64,000 nucleotides of DNA, from positions 6,521,757 to 6,585,756 of the forward strand of contig MU054187.1 in the NCBI GenBank assembly GCA_013239625.1, read 5' to 3'. Both the position numbers and the translations under genes were made by a program. The notes under the pieces are model-generated. The model was not told where the DNA came from, ran no database searches, and saw only the letters and a program-made list of their open reading frames with translations. How positions within the stretch are numbered: position 1 is the stretch's first letter; every line of letters begins with the position of its first letter. This document shows, one piece after another, positions 1 through 12,051 of this stretch. This DNA is from Lama guanicoe (lineage: Eukaryota).

Positions 1-837
1 CCAATGAATTTTGAGATACTTTAAGATCTTACATTTATAGCTCAGATAATTTGCTGGGGGAATTAGCAAAATGACTATGCCATCATTTCTTTGTGTCTGA
101 AAATTATTTAAAACAAAAATCAACTAGCGACTGGGAATATCTGATGTGAAAGAACACACAACACTAGAGAACTGTCACTCTAGTTTATACTCATGTCTAC
201 CTGTCGTCATAGTTACCGAGGCACTCCAAGCATTTTCCTTCCTGAATCACACTCTGTAAACCTTCAACGAAAGTAAGCTATTCTTATTGCTTAGGTTTTT
301 TTTTTCTCTATCCATGAATTGACGTTAAAATATAGCATCAATTCCATGGTTGATTTTACACTTCTAGCAAGACTTTAAACATACAAAAGGAATAAGAGGT
401 TTAATCAGAACAAGTGCCTCTGATTAAGGTCTTTCATCCTGTGTTCAGCAATGATTCATGAACAGCTAGGTACTGGGGACACAACTGTGAGTACGGCCCA
501 GGAGGCAGAGGCAAGTAAGGGCTGCATTTTAATGAAATGCAATCAGTGCTGCGGTGGAAGCAGAGAAGAAAGACCCATGGAAACACAAAAGAGAGATGCC
601 TTGTAAACTTTGGGGTGCAGTCAGATCAAAGGCAGGTTTCATCCTGTGATTCTCAAAGCATTGTTCCTGTGAAGTTCAGCAAATGTATCCTGAGTGGCTT
701 TGGGTCCTGGACAACGGTGTTACCTCCTGGCAGGCTGGGCTCACAGAGCGGTGGAGAGAGGCGGCCAGCGCTTTATGGCAAAGTGCTGTCAACCGCTGAT
801 ATTCACACGCTGCCTCTCCTTTCTGCTTTGGCTGCAG

Positions 838-1012
838 GAACTCCTTCACAGACATCCTCCGCGCCATCCTGCTGTCACTGGAAGTCCTCATTGAAGATCC
901 AGAGCTTCAGATAAATGGTTTCATTTTAATTATAGACTGGAGTAATTTTTCCTTCAAACAAGCCTCCAAACTGACACCTTCAATCCTCAAGCTGGCCATT
1001 GAAGGGTTGCAG
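838..1012 (+). CDS. CLVS1: Clavesin-1 internal coding exon (175 bp), CRAL-TRIO domain: (R)[58 protein letters not shown]
   Basis: Polypyrimidine tract and CAG acceptor (836-837), GTATGT donor at 1013. The translation matches the clavesin-1 sequence as I recall it. Ends in phase 0 and joins the 39866 exon in frame. Upstream exons lie outside the window. Confidence 0.96.
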
Positions 1013-3211
1013 GTATGTTCAACGAATGTAAAATACGGGACTGTATATGACCATGTACTTTTCTCTTATTGCAACCAAAGTCATATTTGTCTTTGAGAAT
1101 GGAAAAAGAAACTTTGATAGAATTCACCTGTGAATACCCCATATTTTTACCTCAGCCTGAGTTCAGGTTTTTTTTTTTTACATTAGCCTTCATTTTCATT
1201 AACGACTCTAAATTATTGTTACCACAGGCACAAATTACCCACTGTAGCAATTATGAATAAAGCTCGGAAATGTTTAGTCAAATCCATCTGAGAGTTCACA
1301 AAAATTAAAACTAGAAAATATCTGCTTTATGAGCAATGCTCTTGTACTGCAGTGGCCTGGGGGCTTTCCAAGGTTTCTAGAAGCATCTTTGTACAAGAAA
1401 ATGCGTCTTGTGGGTCCTCACTCCAGAATGCAACATGCTGAGGGGTTTGTACTAAAGTAAATCATCAGTGCGAAAAATGACCAGTTGTCAGGACTTTGGG
1501 GAAGGGGCTTCTGTGCTGCACAGAGGTTAGGACAGCCCGTCTCTGGGGGTCCCTTAAAGGAACCGGAGACGCTACCAAAAGGAGAGTAACAAACTCAGAG
1601 GGGCAATGCTGCTTAGCTTTCCAGTGACACATTACCATAGTACCAAAAAAAAGAAAGGGCGCAGTTTAGGAAGATTCAGAATCAGCATAGATAAAACTCA
1701 GGATTCTTTCTAATTTTGTAGGAAGACTGAGTCAGCGGGGCGACCCTCCCCCCGCCCTCACTCCCAATAGATGGCACTCACACGCAGCTACATGGATTGC
1801 AAAATATTTGTTAATTCTCTGATCAAACAGTCACTATTCATGCTCTTCAAAGTACAAGACTGGGAAGACCCATTTCAATTACTCATCATACTCCAGTGTA
1901 ATGAGTAATTGATGAGCCTGTTTTTAAAACTCAGGCTGATTCACATTTGGCTCCCAGCAAGTAGGTAGCACTTACTGGGCTTCTGATAAACTTGTTTGTT
2001 AAACGGACCTTATTTTGTTGCAAGGATTTCCTATTTCCAGAGGAACAAAAGCAGAGCAGGCATTTCAGAAGAGGAACAAGTACTCCCTGTTCCAAGAACG
2101 CCACGTTACCCTGGGTCGCTACATCACGCGGTGTCTCGGGGGGCACATTTTTTAAAGTCGCTTTTGCATTTCCAGACTACAGCCTCCTGCCTCGCCTTCA
2201 AAATCTCAAGCATAGACTTGAATGTCTTCTACTGTCGGTCACTTTCTCTTAGCCCTCTTTTTCTCCAACCTCCTTTCATCTAAGCCCCTGAACATCTGAT
2301 CTCTCTCTCCTTAAAGTTTTTTATCAAAGAGTGTTTTCAAGTAAGCTGCAAGGTTTATTTCATGCCCTGTAATTATGCTGGCCATCTCGCCAGGATTTTC
2401 TGTGGTAGTACAGGCTTCATGTAATTTTATCTTTCTAAAAAGAGATAACTCATTACATGTGTAGGTAGCTGTGATTCAAATTCCATGTATTTATAAGATT
2501 TTTTTTTTCATAAATGAGGAAGAAAAATGTACTTCTTCCAACTCTGTGTTCCAGTTTTTCTTTTTGGAAGTGTGTGGATTATATAAAATGTCCCCTGCCA
2601 ACTTCTCTAGGCCAATGTGGGTCTCACTGAGTTAATGCATGTGCATGTTGTTTTAAAATCTAAAGCTGTATATAAGTTCATAATATATTTTTACAAGAAA
2701 TACTAGATGATCTTTTGTGGGGCAAAATGAGTCCCATCTGGGCCTTCTCTTGTCGTGTACCAGGGTCTGGGATGAAAGCCTCAGGTGAACTGAAACTGAG
2801 ATGACCCCTCAGAGTTGTCCCTGACTGGGGCCAAGGGACTGGACCCTCATAGTCCCACACTGGGTGCAGGCTGCCCCGACAAGTGGTTGGGAGTTTGGGG
2901 AAAGTGGCCCTCTTCAGCCTGGGGCCCCAGATGGCACTGTTTTCTGAGAACTTGCTCCTGGTAGCACCACAAGCAGCTGGGGAATAAATCCTCAGTCCTA
3001 AAGGAGGGCTGGTAGCATATCAGAATATCCACCTCAATAAGCAAAAGATATTTGGAATATCCTGTAACATAATGTCATTTATTGAATCTGGATGTTTAAC
3101 TGCTTTTTCTCTTGGCTACATCCAGTCTCCATTATCCCCAAGGTGGAGGTGATACGAGGTAATATACAGGTGATGGGTGCTGGGCTAGCAACCTGGTGAC
3201 AGTCTTCTGTC

Positions 3212-3495
3212 ATACAACTCACCATTAAAAAAAACCCAATTTAGGAATGGGCAGAGGACCTAAATAGGTGTTTTTCCAGTGAAGACATAAAGATGGCCAA
3301 CAGGCACATGAAAAGATGCTCAACATCACTCATCATCAAGGAAATGGAAATTAAAACAACAATGAGATATCACCTGACACTATGGCTATCATCAGAAAGA
3401 AGAAATAACAAGAATGTGGAGAAAGGTACACTGCTTGTTGGAATGGAAATGGTACAGCCACTATGGAAAACAGTATGGAAAGCCTTCAAAAAATT
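3212..3495 (+). mobile_element. LINE-1 ORF2 3' fragment
   Basis: The ORF at 3293 translates [29 protein letters not shown], typical of the L1 ORF2p C-terminal region. Confidence 0.85.
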
Positions 3496-3764
3496 AAAAA
3501 AAAAAAAACAGTTTGGGAATATATATCTGAAACCTCAAATATATTTTCCTTGATTCCAGTGTTTAAAATTAACCCTAAGGATATAGATCATAAATGACTT
3601 CAAAGATCTTCATTTTTTTGTTGTTAAAATCTTAAAGCCCAAGCTTTCGACAATGAAGGGATAAACAGTGATGTATCTAAATATTGAGATATTGTACATT
3701 AATTGAAAATAATTTTTCAAAAAATACTATGATCTGTAGACCACCTGGAACCATGTGATCATAA

Positions 3765-5181
3765 TTATAGTGAACAGATCTTTGACAAAAGAGCAAAGGC
3801 AATACAGTGGAGCAAAGACAGTCTCTTCAACAAATAGTACTGGAAAAACTGGAAATCCACTTAAAAAGTGAATTTAGACACAGACCTTACACTTGTCACG
3901 TAAATTAACTCAGTGGATCAGAGAACTAAATGTAAAATATGAAACTATAAAACTTCTGGAAGATAGTCTGGATGACCTGTGGGTATGGTGATACTTTTTT
4001 AGATACAACACCAGACATGACCCATGAAAGAAGAAAAAAATGATAAAATGGCCTTCATTAAAATGAAAAAACTGCTTTGCAAAAGACAACATCAAGAGAA
4101 TTAGAAGACAAGCCACAAACTGGGAGAAACAGAGAAGAAAAGCCACAGACTGGGAGAAAATATTTCCAAAAGATACACTTGATAAATGACTGTTATTCAA
4201 AATATACAAAGAACTCTTGAAACTCAACAACAAGAAAACAAACATTCCAATTTAAAAATGGGCCAAAAACCTTAACATAACGTCACCAAAGAAGATATAC
4301 AGGTGGCAAACAAGCATATGAAAAGATGTGCCGCATCACATATCATCAGGGAAATACAAATTAAAACAACAACAAAATACCACTACACACCTATTAGAAT
4401 GGCCAAAATCTGGAAAACTGACAACACCAAATCCTGGTAAGGATGTGGAGAACAGGAACCCTCATTCATTGCTGATGAGAATGCAAAATGGTACGGCCAG
4501 TTTGAAAGACAGCTAGTTGTTTTCTTTCAAAACTAAACATACTTTTATCATATGACCCAGCAGTTGCACTCCTTGGTATCTATCCAAAGGAGTTGAAAAC
4601 TTATGTGCACATGAATGTTTATAACAGCTTTATTCATTATTGACAAAACTTGGAAGCAACCAAGATACCTTTCATAGGTGAATAGCTAAATAAATTGTCA
4701 TACAAGACTATGGAACACTATTTAGTGCTAACAGAAATGAGCTACCAAACCAAAAAAAGACATGAAGGAACATTAAATTCATGTTACTAAGTGAAAGAAG
4801 CCAATCTGAAAGGGCTACGTACTGAATGATTCCAACTCTAGGACATTCTGGAAAAGATACAGCTATAGAGACAATAGAAGGATTGGTGATGACCAGGAGC
4901 TGTGGGCAGGGACAAGGAGGGGTGAACAGGTGTAGCGCAGAGGATGCATGATATCATGGAATGTACAACACCAAGAGGGAACCATAATGTAAGCTGTGGA
5001 CTTTGGGTGATTATGATGTGTCAGTGTAGGCTCATTGAGTCGTAACAAAGGTACCACTCCAGTGGGGGCTGTTGATAACGAGGGAGGCTACACATGTGTG
5101 GGAGCAGAGGATATATGGGAAATCTCTGTCCCTTACCCTCAACTTTGCTGTGAACCTAAAACTGCTCTAAAAAATAAAGTC
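3765..5181 (+). mobile_element. LINE-1 3' end (L1MC-like): degenerate ORF2 end plus 3'UTR
   Basis: tttgacaaaagagcaaaggcaatacagtgg...ctcttcaacaaatagtactgg; ends in gaacctaaaactgctctaaaaaataaagtc, the L1MC-type terminus. Confidence 0.85.
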
Positions 5182-6119
5182 CTGATGAAAAAAGGGCAAT
5201 TGTACTGTCTCTGACAACCACCATCAACAAAAATGGCATGTGCATAGAACTTTGGTTATGTACTTCATAGGCTGAATTAATGAGTCATAATAATAATTAT
5301 GTAGAAGACTGCTCTTTAGGGGATCAACAGACTTCTACATCAAGTTACCCTGGATTAGCCAATCATGAAATTCTAATAGCGTATGTAGTATATATTCCTC
5401 CTTTTAGGACAATGCTTTGAGGATATGTCATTGTTTAGAATATTAAGTTGTCCCAGTTACATAAATATTCTATGAATATTAGTTCAAAAAAATTTAGTTA
5501 AAATACCAACTTTGAGAATGCCTGGAAGTCCTTTTCTTTCACTCTGCTTTTTGATCTCTTAAATGTGGTCAATAATGTCTAAAAGAGTCATTGTAATCTG
5601 TTCATTACAACTTGTTAAAATTTTAATCAAACAAAGTAATATTTATGGCATCATTTTAATATAGCACAGCATTATTCTCAATTCTGCTGGGGAATTCTGG
5701 CAGAATGAGCAGCATGCTAAAGTCCTGTTCTTGAATTTTGCAATGTTTCCAAAGTCAATTTTTGGTATTATTTCTTGTAAATCACTGCCTCCCAACCATT
5801 ACAATGAACACACGGCATTTATCAACGTTGTGACACCCCAGATACTTAAAGAGCTTACTGCGCCGAAATCTTTTACTTAGGAAGAGCTGTGGCCTTCCAC
5901 CCCATGAGCTACTTTCAAAATATTTGATTCCCTAAGGATCCAGACGTTTGTTAAGGGTTTAGAGAGGCTTACTTTTCATTCATCAGAGTAGATCCAGGAA
6001 GCACTCTTTTTAAAATTTTCCTCATTTCTGTGCTTATGTAATTTTCCTCTGGCCAATTAGACATTTTATTAGTTCATTAATTCTTCGTCCAAGTTCAAGG
6101 TTTACTGCGTGACTTTTGT

Positions 6120-6443
6120 TGTTGTTATTGTTAAAAATGGTTTTATAATAGTTATATCAACTTTGATTTAAATGTTCCCAAAAGCTCTGAGCCAGTCTAG
6201 TGTAAAAGGAGGTCCACTGTTTTCCCACCTCTTACAACAAAGGTGAGAGGGGGTTGGGAGCAATGCTTTGAGGTTCAACCATGTTGTTACTGTTAAAAAT
6301 GGTTTTATAATAGTTATATCAACTTTGATTTAAACGTTCCCAAAAGCTCTGAGCCAGTCTAGTGCAAAAGGAGGTCCACTGTTTTCCCACCTCTTACAAC
6401 AAAGGTGAGAGGGGGTTGGGAGCACTGCTTTGAGGTTCAACCA
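6120..6443. repeat. Tandem duplication, 2 x 162 bp (6120-6281, 6282-6443)
   Basis: Direct alignment by eye: 4 substitutions, no indels. Confidence 0.95.
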
Positions 6444-6870
6444 ACTGCAAATTGTCCGGGCATCCCTTTCTGTTACACTGTTTCCAATATTCGTCCATTC
6501 TCTCTAGCCTCTGTCCCACACCCTACTTCTTCACCCCTTTTCCAAAACATACGATACGTTCACCTTGGGGAATCCAAAGTGTCCTATTCACTTGAAAGAC
6601 TGGAACAGTAGAATGTCTGTCAGTGGGAAACATGACAGTTCCTGAGGATTTATAAATGAATGGTTGGTGTGATTAGAAATTTGGAAAGGCTGGTTGGGCA
6701 GATGGGTTTGAAGTTAGTAGTAGATTCACACCAAACCAACAGTCTATGTCTCAGACATGCAGACATACTGATGCATGGCGTATTCATTCAACAGAAAATG
6801 TGGGCCGGGGACTAAATGGGGTAACAGCAGAGAGCAAAGCAACCTGGCTTCCTGAAGCTTACCTTCTAGG

Positions 6871-7248
6871 GCTTCATTACACAAAGTGTAGCCTGCAAAC
6901 CAGCAAGCTCAGCATCACCAGGAGCCGTTTAGAAATGCAGAACCTCAGGCCCTACCCCACACTTCCTGAGTCAAGCTGCATTTCAAGGAGTTCCCCACGT
7001 GATCTGTGCTCACGGTCAACTTGGAGGAGCACCGCTCTCACAGACGGTACTGCAGTGTAATGCGACGGATCTCGACTTTAAGTGCACAGACACCCTGGAG
7101 GGCTTGTTCCAACCCACACCTCTGGACCCCACTCCCAGTTTCTGATTCCAGAGATCTGGAGCAGAGCCCAGGAGTTTAGCCTTCAAAAACGTTCCCAGGT
7201 GCTGCTGCTGCTGCTGCTGCGGGTACAACAGCACTTTGATGCACCTGA
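6871..7248. mobile_element. Two adjacent MER5-like (hAT-Charlie) MITEs in opposite orientation
   Basis: cagcatcacc...ttagaaatgcagaacctcaggccctacccc (6871-7034) and gagggcttgtt...tttctgattc...gttcccaggtgctgctg (7064-7248). Confidence 0.7.
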
Positions 7249-7249
7249 C

Positions 7250-7450
7250 AGCAGAGTCAATGATTTGGGTCTCAGTCCTGGCTCTGCCACATAAAGACCT
7301 CAGGCAAGTCATTATCCTCTATCAGTTTTAGTTTTGTCATCTGTAAAAATGCGGTGTCAAAAGAGTACTACTTCACAGGTCTACGGCAGAAATTAAACAG
7401 TGCATGAAAAGCGCCTGGACCATAGTCAGTGCTCACTGAACGGTAGTCAT
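7250..7450 (+). mobile_element. MIR SINE
   Basis: gtcctggctctgccac...ggcaagtcatt...cagttttagttttgtcatctgtaaaaatg matches the MIR core. Confidence 0.75.
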
Positions 7451-8259
7451 TGAAAGAATGCAGAAGCCAGACCTTGTCTGGGGGCTCCTGTGGCTCTAGC
7501 GCATGGATTTACACGAAACTGCTATCCAAGGCCCAGCTCTGTCAACTCTGGACCCTTGACAATTAGATGTCACCAGCCTGTTCACCGGCCCCGAACAAGG
7601 GACCTCCTCCTCCCTGCTCACCTCAGCTGATGACTTAGGTCCAGACTGGTGTCACCCGCTCAGACTGTGACACTTGAAGTGCTTTTCCTTTCTGTTTATC
7701 TGTTGTCATCCTTTCCTTGTCACTGAGCAGTCTCCTCCCAATGCCTTAGCAGTTGGGTGATTAATGGGATCAAAATTCACCTCTTTCATCCTGTCGGACT
7801 CTTTTCAGCAGGAACATTTACAGTCTTTGATTGATCCTTACAGTTTTCATGTGTTAAGGAATATTAGATAGGAAGAGATTGAAGGAAAAGGACATTTGTA
7901 CATATTTTGCAAAGAAGGTTCTTATTTCATATTTTCTGAACACTTCGGGTGTGTTTGAAGAACACTTTCTCTATAAACAAACTACGTTTTTTCTTCTCAG
8001 GCCACAAAGCTGTAATCCTGAATTTGCAATCGTGCAATGTGCTATTATGGAAATATTAGAGGAATAAAATATCCGCTCTAATGCTCTACCTTGTTAAGTA
8101 TCAATTAAATTCAGTTAGGTAATTAGAGCTAATGACACTCCAGTGTTCCTGGTGGCAGACAGGAGAGCCCATTTAAGACAGTTCCAATTACACTGGTCTA
8201 TCTGTGGTGTACTTTTGATAAATGGCTTTTCTGAACTCCAGTGCATTATTGACCTAGCC

Positions 8260-9380
8260 AGTGCTCTGATTCATCCATTCAAGAAACAGTTACTAAGACT
8301 TGACTTTGAATCAGTCACAAAAGTAAACAGGCGCAGTCCCTGCTCTCAACAGGACATCGTTCAGAGCAGAGGCAGATCTCCAAACAAATGGTGCAAACAA
8401 TGCTGCACGTGCAGAAAGGGAGATATGCACCAGGTTAGTAAAATCCCAATCTAGGCAGGGGGAGTTAGGAATGGCCTCCCGCACCTGAGCCAATTCTTAG
8501 CGGATGAGCGTGGAATAGCCAAGTGAGGGCAGGGTGGGAGGAATTTCAAGCAGAGGAAATGTTACAGGCAAAAAAGCAGAGGCAAGACATCACTCAATAG
8601 GACAGAGAAGTGGAATTAATTCATAATCGTGGAGTGCACAAGGGCCAGGCAAGGAGCTGTGTGCCCCGGTGCCATGCTAAGGAGCCTGGTCTCTTTCTGC
8701 AGACACGGGGGACACTGCACATATTAGAGCAGGACGGCAACACAGATTGATATTCAAAGGCAGGGGAACCGAACAGAAGGCAATGCAGTCATTCAGTCAT
8801 TCAAGTAACAAGTAGGCTAAATTAGGAGTGATAGAAGGTTTTCGATAGCTACAAAGGAAGAAAAGTAAGGCAGTGCTGGGTGGCTGGATGCTTGAGAATG
8901 GAAAGTGGAGGAGGAGGAGTCGGGGAGGAAGCTGAGGTGTGCAGCTAGGATGAAGGGTGGGGTGGTGCCAATGAATGAGATGGTGCAGACGGGGTGGCCA
9001 GGTTTGGGGAGACAAGGAGCATTATCTGAGTGTTGGACACGCTGAGTTTAACAGCCCGTGGGGTATTTTGTTTGTATTAAGCATAAGCTGAGAGGGGAGG
9101 TCCGGGCTGGATCTATAGAGTTGATGGCATTTGAAATCACAGGAAAGGAAAAGATCATCCAGAGAAAAGCTATGGAGTGAAGATGAATGACTGCAGAAAG
9201 AATCCAAGTGAAGAGCAACATAAATGAACAACTTAGATGAGGAGGGGTCCACAAAAGAGAAAGGGGAGGCTGAGATGGGGAGGCTGAAAAGAACTAGGCG
9301 ATCATCTCCTGGAGGAAACTCAGGGAAGGAGGCTTCAAGGCAGGAGACCCTTTCAGTGCAGCCGTGGGAACTGGCATCTC
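8260..9380. mobile_element. Degenerate L2 LINE fragments
   Basis: attcatccattcaagaaacagttactaag-type L2 end followed by a purine-rich L2-like body (ggacacgctgagttt, gctggatctatagagttg). Confidence 0.55.
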
Positions 9381-9929
9381 GAAAGCACTGGCTTGAGGAA
9401 GGCGGTGGAGAAAGGGAGATAACTCTATCAAGAAGTGTGTCCCACGGACCACAGAGGATGGGAGGATAGAGGAACTGGAGGAGAGGGAGTGGGAAGACGG
9501 TAGTGGAGGGAATATTTCATCTTACTTTTCCATTGGACAAGATTTTCAGCAAAAGAATCTATTAAGGGGCGTCACACAGCTGTGGAAGATCAGTCTTGAC
9601 AAAGAACCAACCTTTGTGAATTGTTTAGTTCCAGGTTAATATTCCTCACTGCACAAAGGAAGGGATCTCTGCCTCTCATAATTATGAAATGAAATGTGAC
9701 ATCACTATCCAGGGACTCAGTTTCTGAATATATTCTAGAGTTGCAGAAACATGGCCTACTACGAGCTGTCAGTGTCCTCGGGGACCTGGTGCCACAGAGT
9801 GAAGCAGTTATTCTGCATTCTTGAAGGGCCCCCTGTTGAAAAACCTGTGTGGAAAACCCTGCCCTGCAAACCCACATTCTCTGGTGATTAAATTGTAGAT
9901 ATTAAAATAATACACATTGCCAAAGACTC

Positions 9930-10300
9930 AGTCAGAGCTCTTTTGGTATTATGGAATAGAAAAATAACTCAAGTCTGGAAAAAGCAAAACAAAAATGGAT
10001 GGGAGCATTTATACAACAGAAAAGTTCAGAGCTGCTCTGTCTTCCAGGCTCAGCTAGATCTGGAGTCAGAGTTGAAGCAGTGCCATCAAGAACTCAGTCC
10101 CTCTTTCTCTGTCCTTCCCTCATTTACACTTTCCTCTGTATTGACTTCATTTTCAGATGAGCTTTCTCCACACTCTTGGCAGAAGTGAGGGGACTGAGGG
10201 TGCCCTGGCCAGATCACATTATGAGCCCACCCAAGATGCTATACCTGAATCTCACAGACCAAGAAAGTTGGAGAGGTGGCCCCCAAAAGATGGTGGGAAA
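9930..10300. mobile_element. MLT1-type (ERVL-MaLR) solo LTR remnant
   Basis: cttccaggctcagctagatctggag...tttcctctgtattgacttcattttcagatgagctttctcc resembles old MLT1 LTRs. Confidence 0.45.
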
Positions 10301-10517
10301 TGACAAAAAATGTTCACTTAGAAATGTAAGGTATAAACTAGAGGGAAGTTTTCCTGCAATCCTCTACTTGCTATTCAATGTATCATATAAGAATTAGGAA
10401 GTTGAGTTTAATTTCTGTTTGGCAACTGTAATTCCATGGATAATCTTGGGAAAATGGCATAACACCTGCAGACCTCAGGTTATTCATCAGCAAAACCCAG
10501 CCGGGACTGGACAAGAG

Positions 10518-10698
10518 CAGTGGTCCTACGACTTAATCATGTACCCAAATTGCTCGAGGGCTTGTTAAAACTCCGATTACAGGAGTGTCTGATTCAGTAT
10601 GTTGGGACAGGGTGGGGGTAGGTGAGAATTAGTATTTCCAAAAAGGTCCCAGCTGACCCTGATGTGGTGGTCCTGGGACCACTCTTGACAATACTGGA
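10518..10698. mobile_element. MER5A-like MITE inserted next to or within a MIR remnant
   Basis: cagtggtcc...gagggcttgttaaaac...tctgattcagta...ggtcctgggaccactcttgacaatactg. Confidence 0.7.
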
Positions 10699-12051
10699 CT
10701 AGATAATTATAAAACGCTTTTTATCACCCAGTGCTACAAATCTGTAACTTTACCTTCCTAGAAATAGCCTTAGTGCTCATGTCAGGGCTGGAAAATAGGC
10801 TTGCCCCCACTTATCAGTCTAAATAATTTGAATGCAACTCAGGCCCAGAAGAATGCTGGCATTGATTTATGATGGCTTCTCTCACTGCGGATGGTAAATG
10901 GGCAAGCCTGCTACATACTTTGACCTGGGTATTCTAGCTGAACTGTTTGGGGAACAGTCTGGTGCTTATGGGACAAGAAATGAGGAGAATAACCATAGGG
11001 TGTGACAAACATCTCAAAGATGCTCATATTTTCTACCCTGAGATAAAACTAATCAAACCTGATGCTGCTGATGGTGGTTATGATGATGGTGGTGATGATG
11101 GTGCCTCACTCGAATTTGACCGTTATTTATTCAACATACCATGCACCAAAATTCCAAGCAGTCATAGGTAGAGAGACCAGCTGGTCATGCCCCCAGGATG
11201 GGGTAAAGATTAGCATGGTGTTTTTTGGTGCCACTTGGGAGAAAAGGAAAAATGAGATGTGTTGACCAGGCACAGGGCAACTGTTGTTGGTCACAAAAGC
11301 TAGGCTGAAGAGTTTGGAAAATACTTTTCACTGCTAAGGAATTTTAAAAATATAGTCATAAAGATGAGTTCTCTTCCTTCAACAATGTTAGAGTGGAGTT
11401 TAGTAATTTAAAGATGTTTAATGGAGGGCATTAACAATGTGAAAAAAAATTAAAAGATTAAGTTAATACCAGCTCAACTGAAATGTCATTAATTAAAAGG
11501 CATAATCCCTAAAGCCTTAATCCACAGACTCATTAAGGATTTGGAAGAAATTATGAATAACTTGTTCCATTAACTGAGGTTTTAATTAAGATAGTCTTAG
11601 AAAAACAAGAGGACAGAGGAATGCTAAAGTGGATTTTAAGACTTTGGGTGGGGGAACTCAGTTTTGAAAGAGCTCTAGTGAAGAGAGGACCTGACTCAGA
11701 AGCTATGACATCTTGGTTGATGTAAAGACTGAGAACATACTGAAATATTTCTCTCTGGTCTGAACATGTTATGGTTGATAGAGAGTTCTATTTCTTGATT
11801 GTTCCTGTGGGTTTTTTCCCCCCTATAATATTCACTTTTTTTAAGTTTACACAAAATTGAGTGTCTTATTATAATACCTTCCATTAAAAAGTTATCTACA
11901 TAAATCAACTATTTTTTAATTTTAAAAAGTTAGCTACAATAATAATTCTGTTAACCCCAAGTATAATAGATACATAGAGAAAATAATACATGATGAACAT
12001 AAACCTAACATTCAGTATTTAAGAGCAACCATAAGCAGCTCTACTCATCCA

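Noticed and set aside
537..914. 125-aa ORF and overlapping ORFs as stand-alone genes
   Set aside because: They overlap the CLVS1 exon in the wrong frames; the real coding frame is defined by the splice sites 838-1012.
7200..7220. (CTG)n as a coding poly-Q/poly-L tract
   Set aside because: A short expansion of the gctgctg motif inside MER5; intronic.
6871..7248. Inverted MER5 pair as a dsRNA/miRNA hairpin
   Set aside because: The copies look too diverged by eye for long stable pairing, and adjacent MER5 elements are common.
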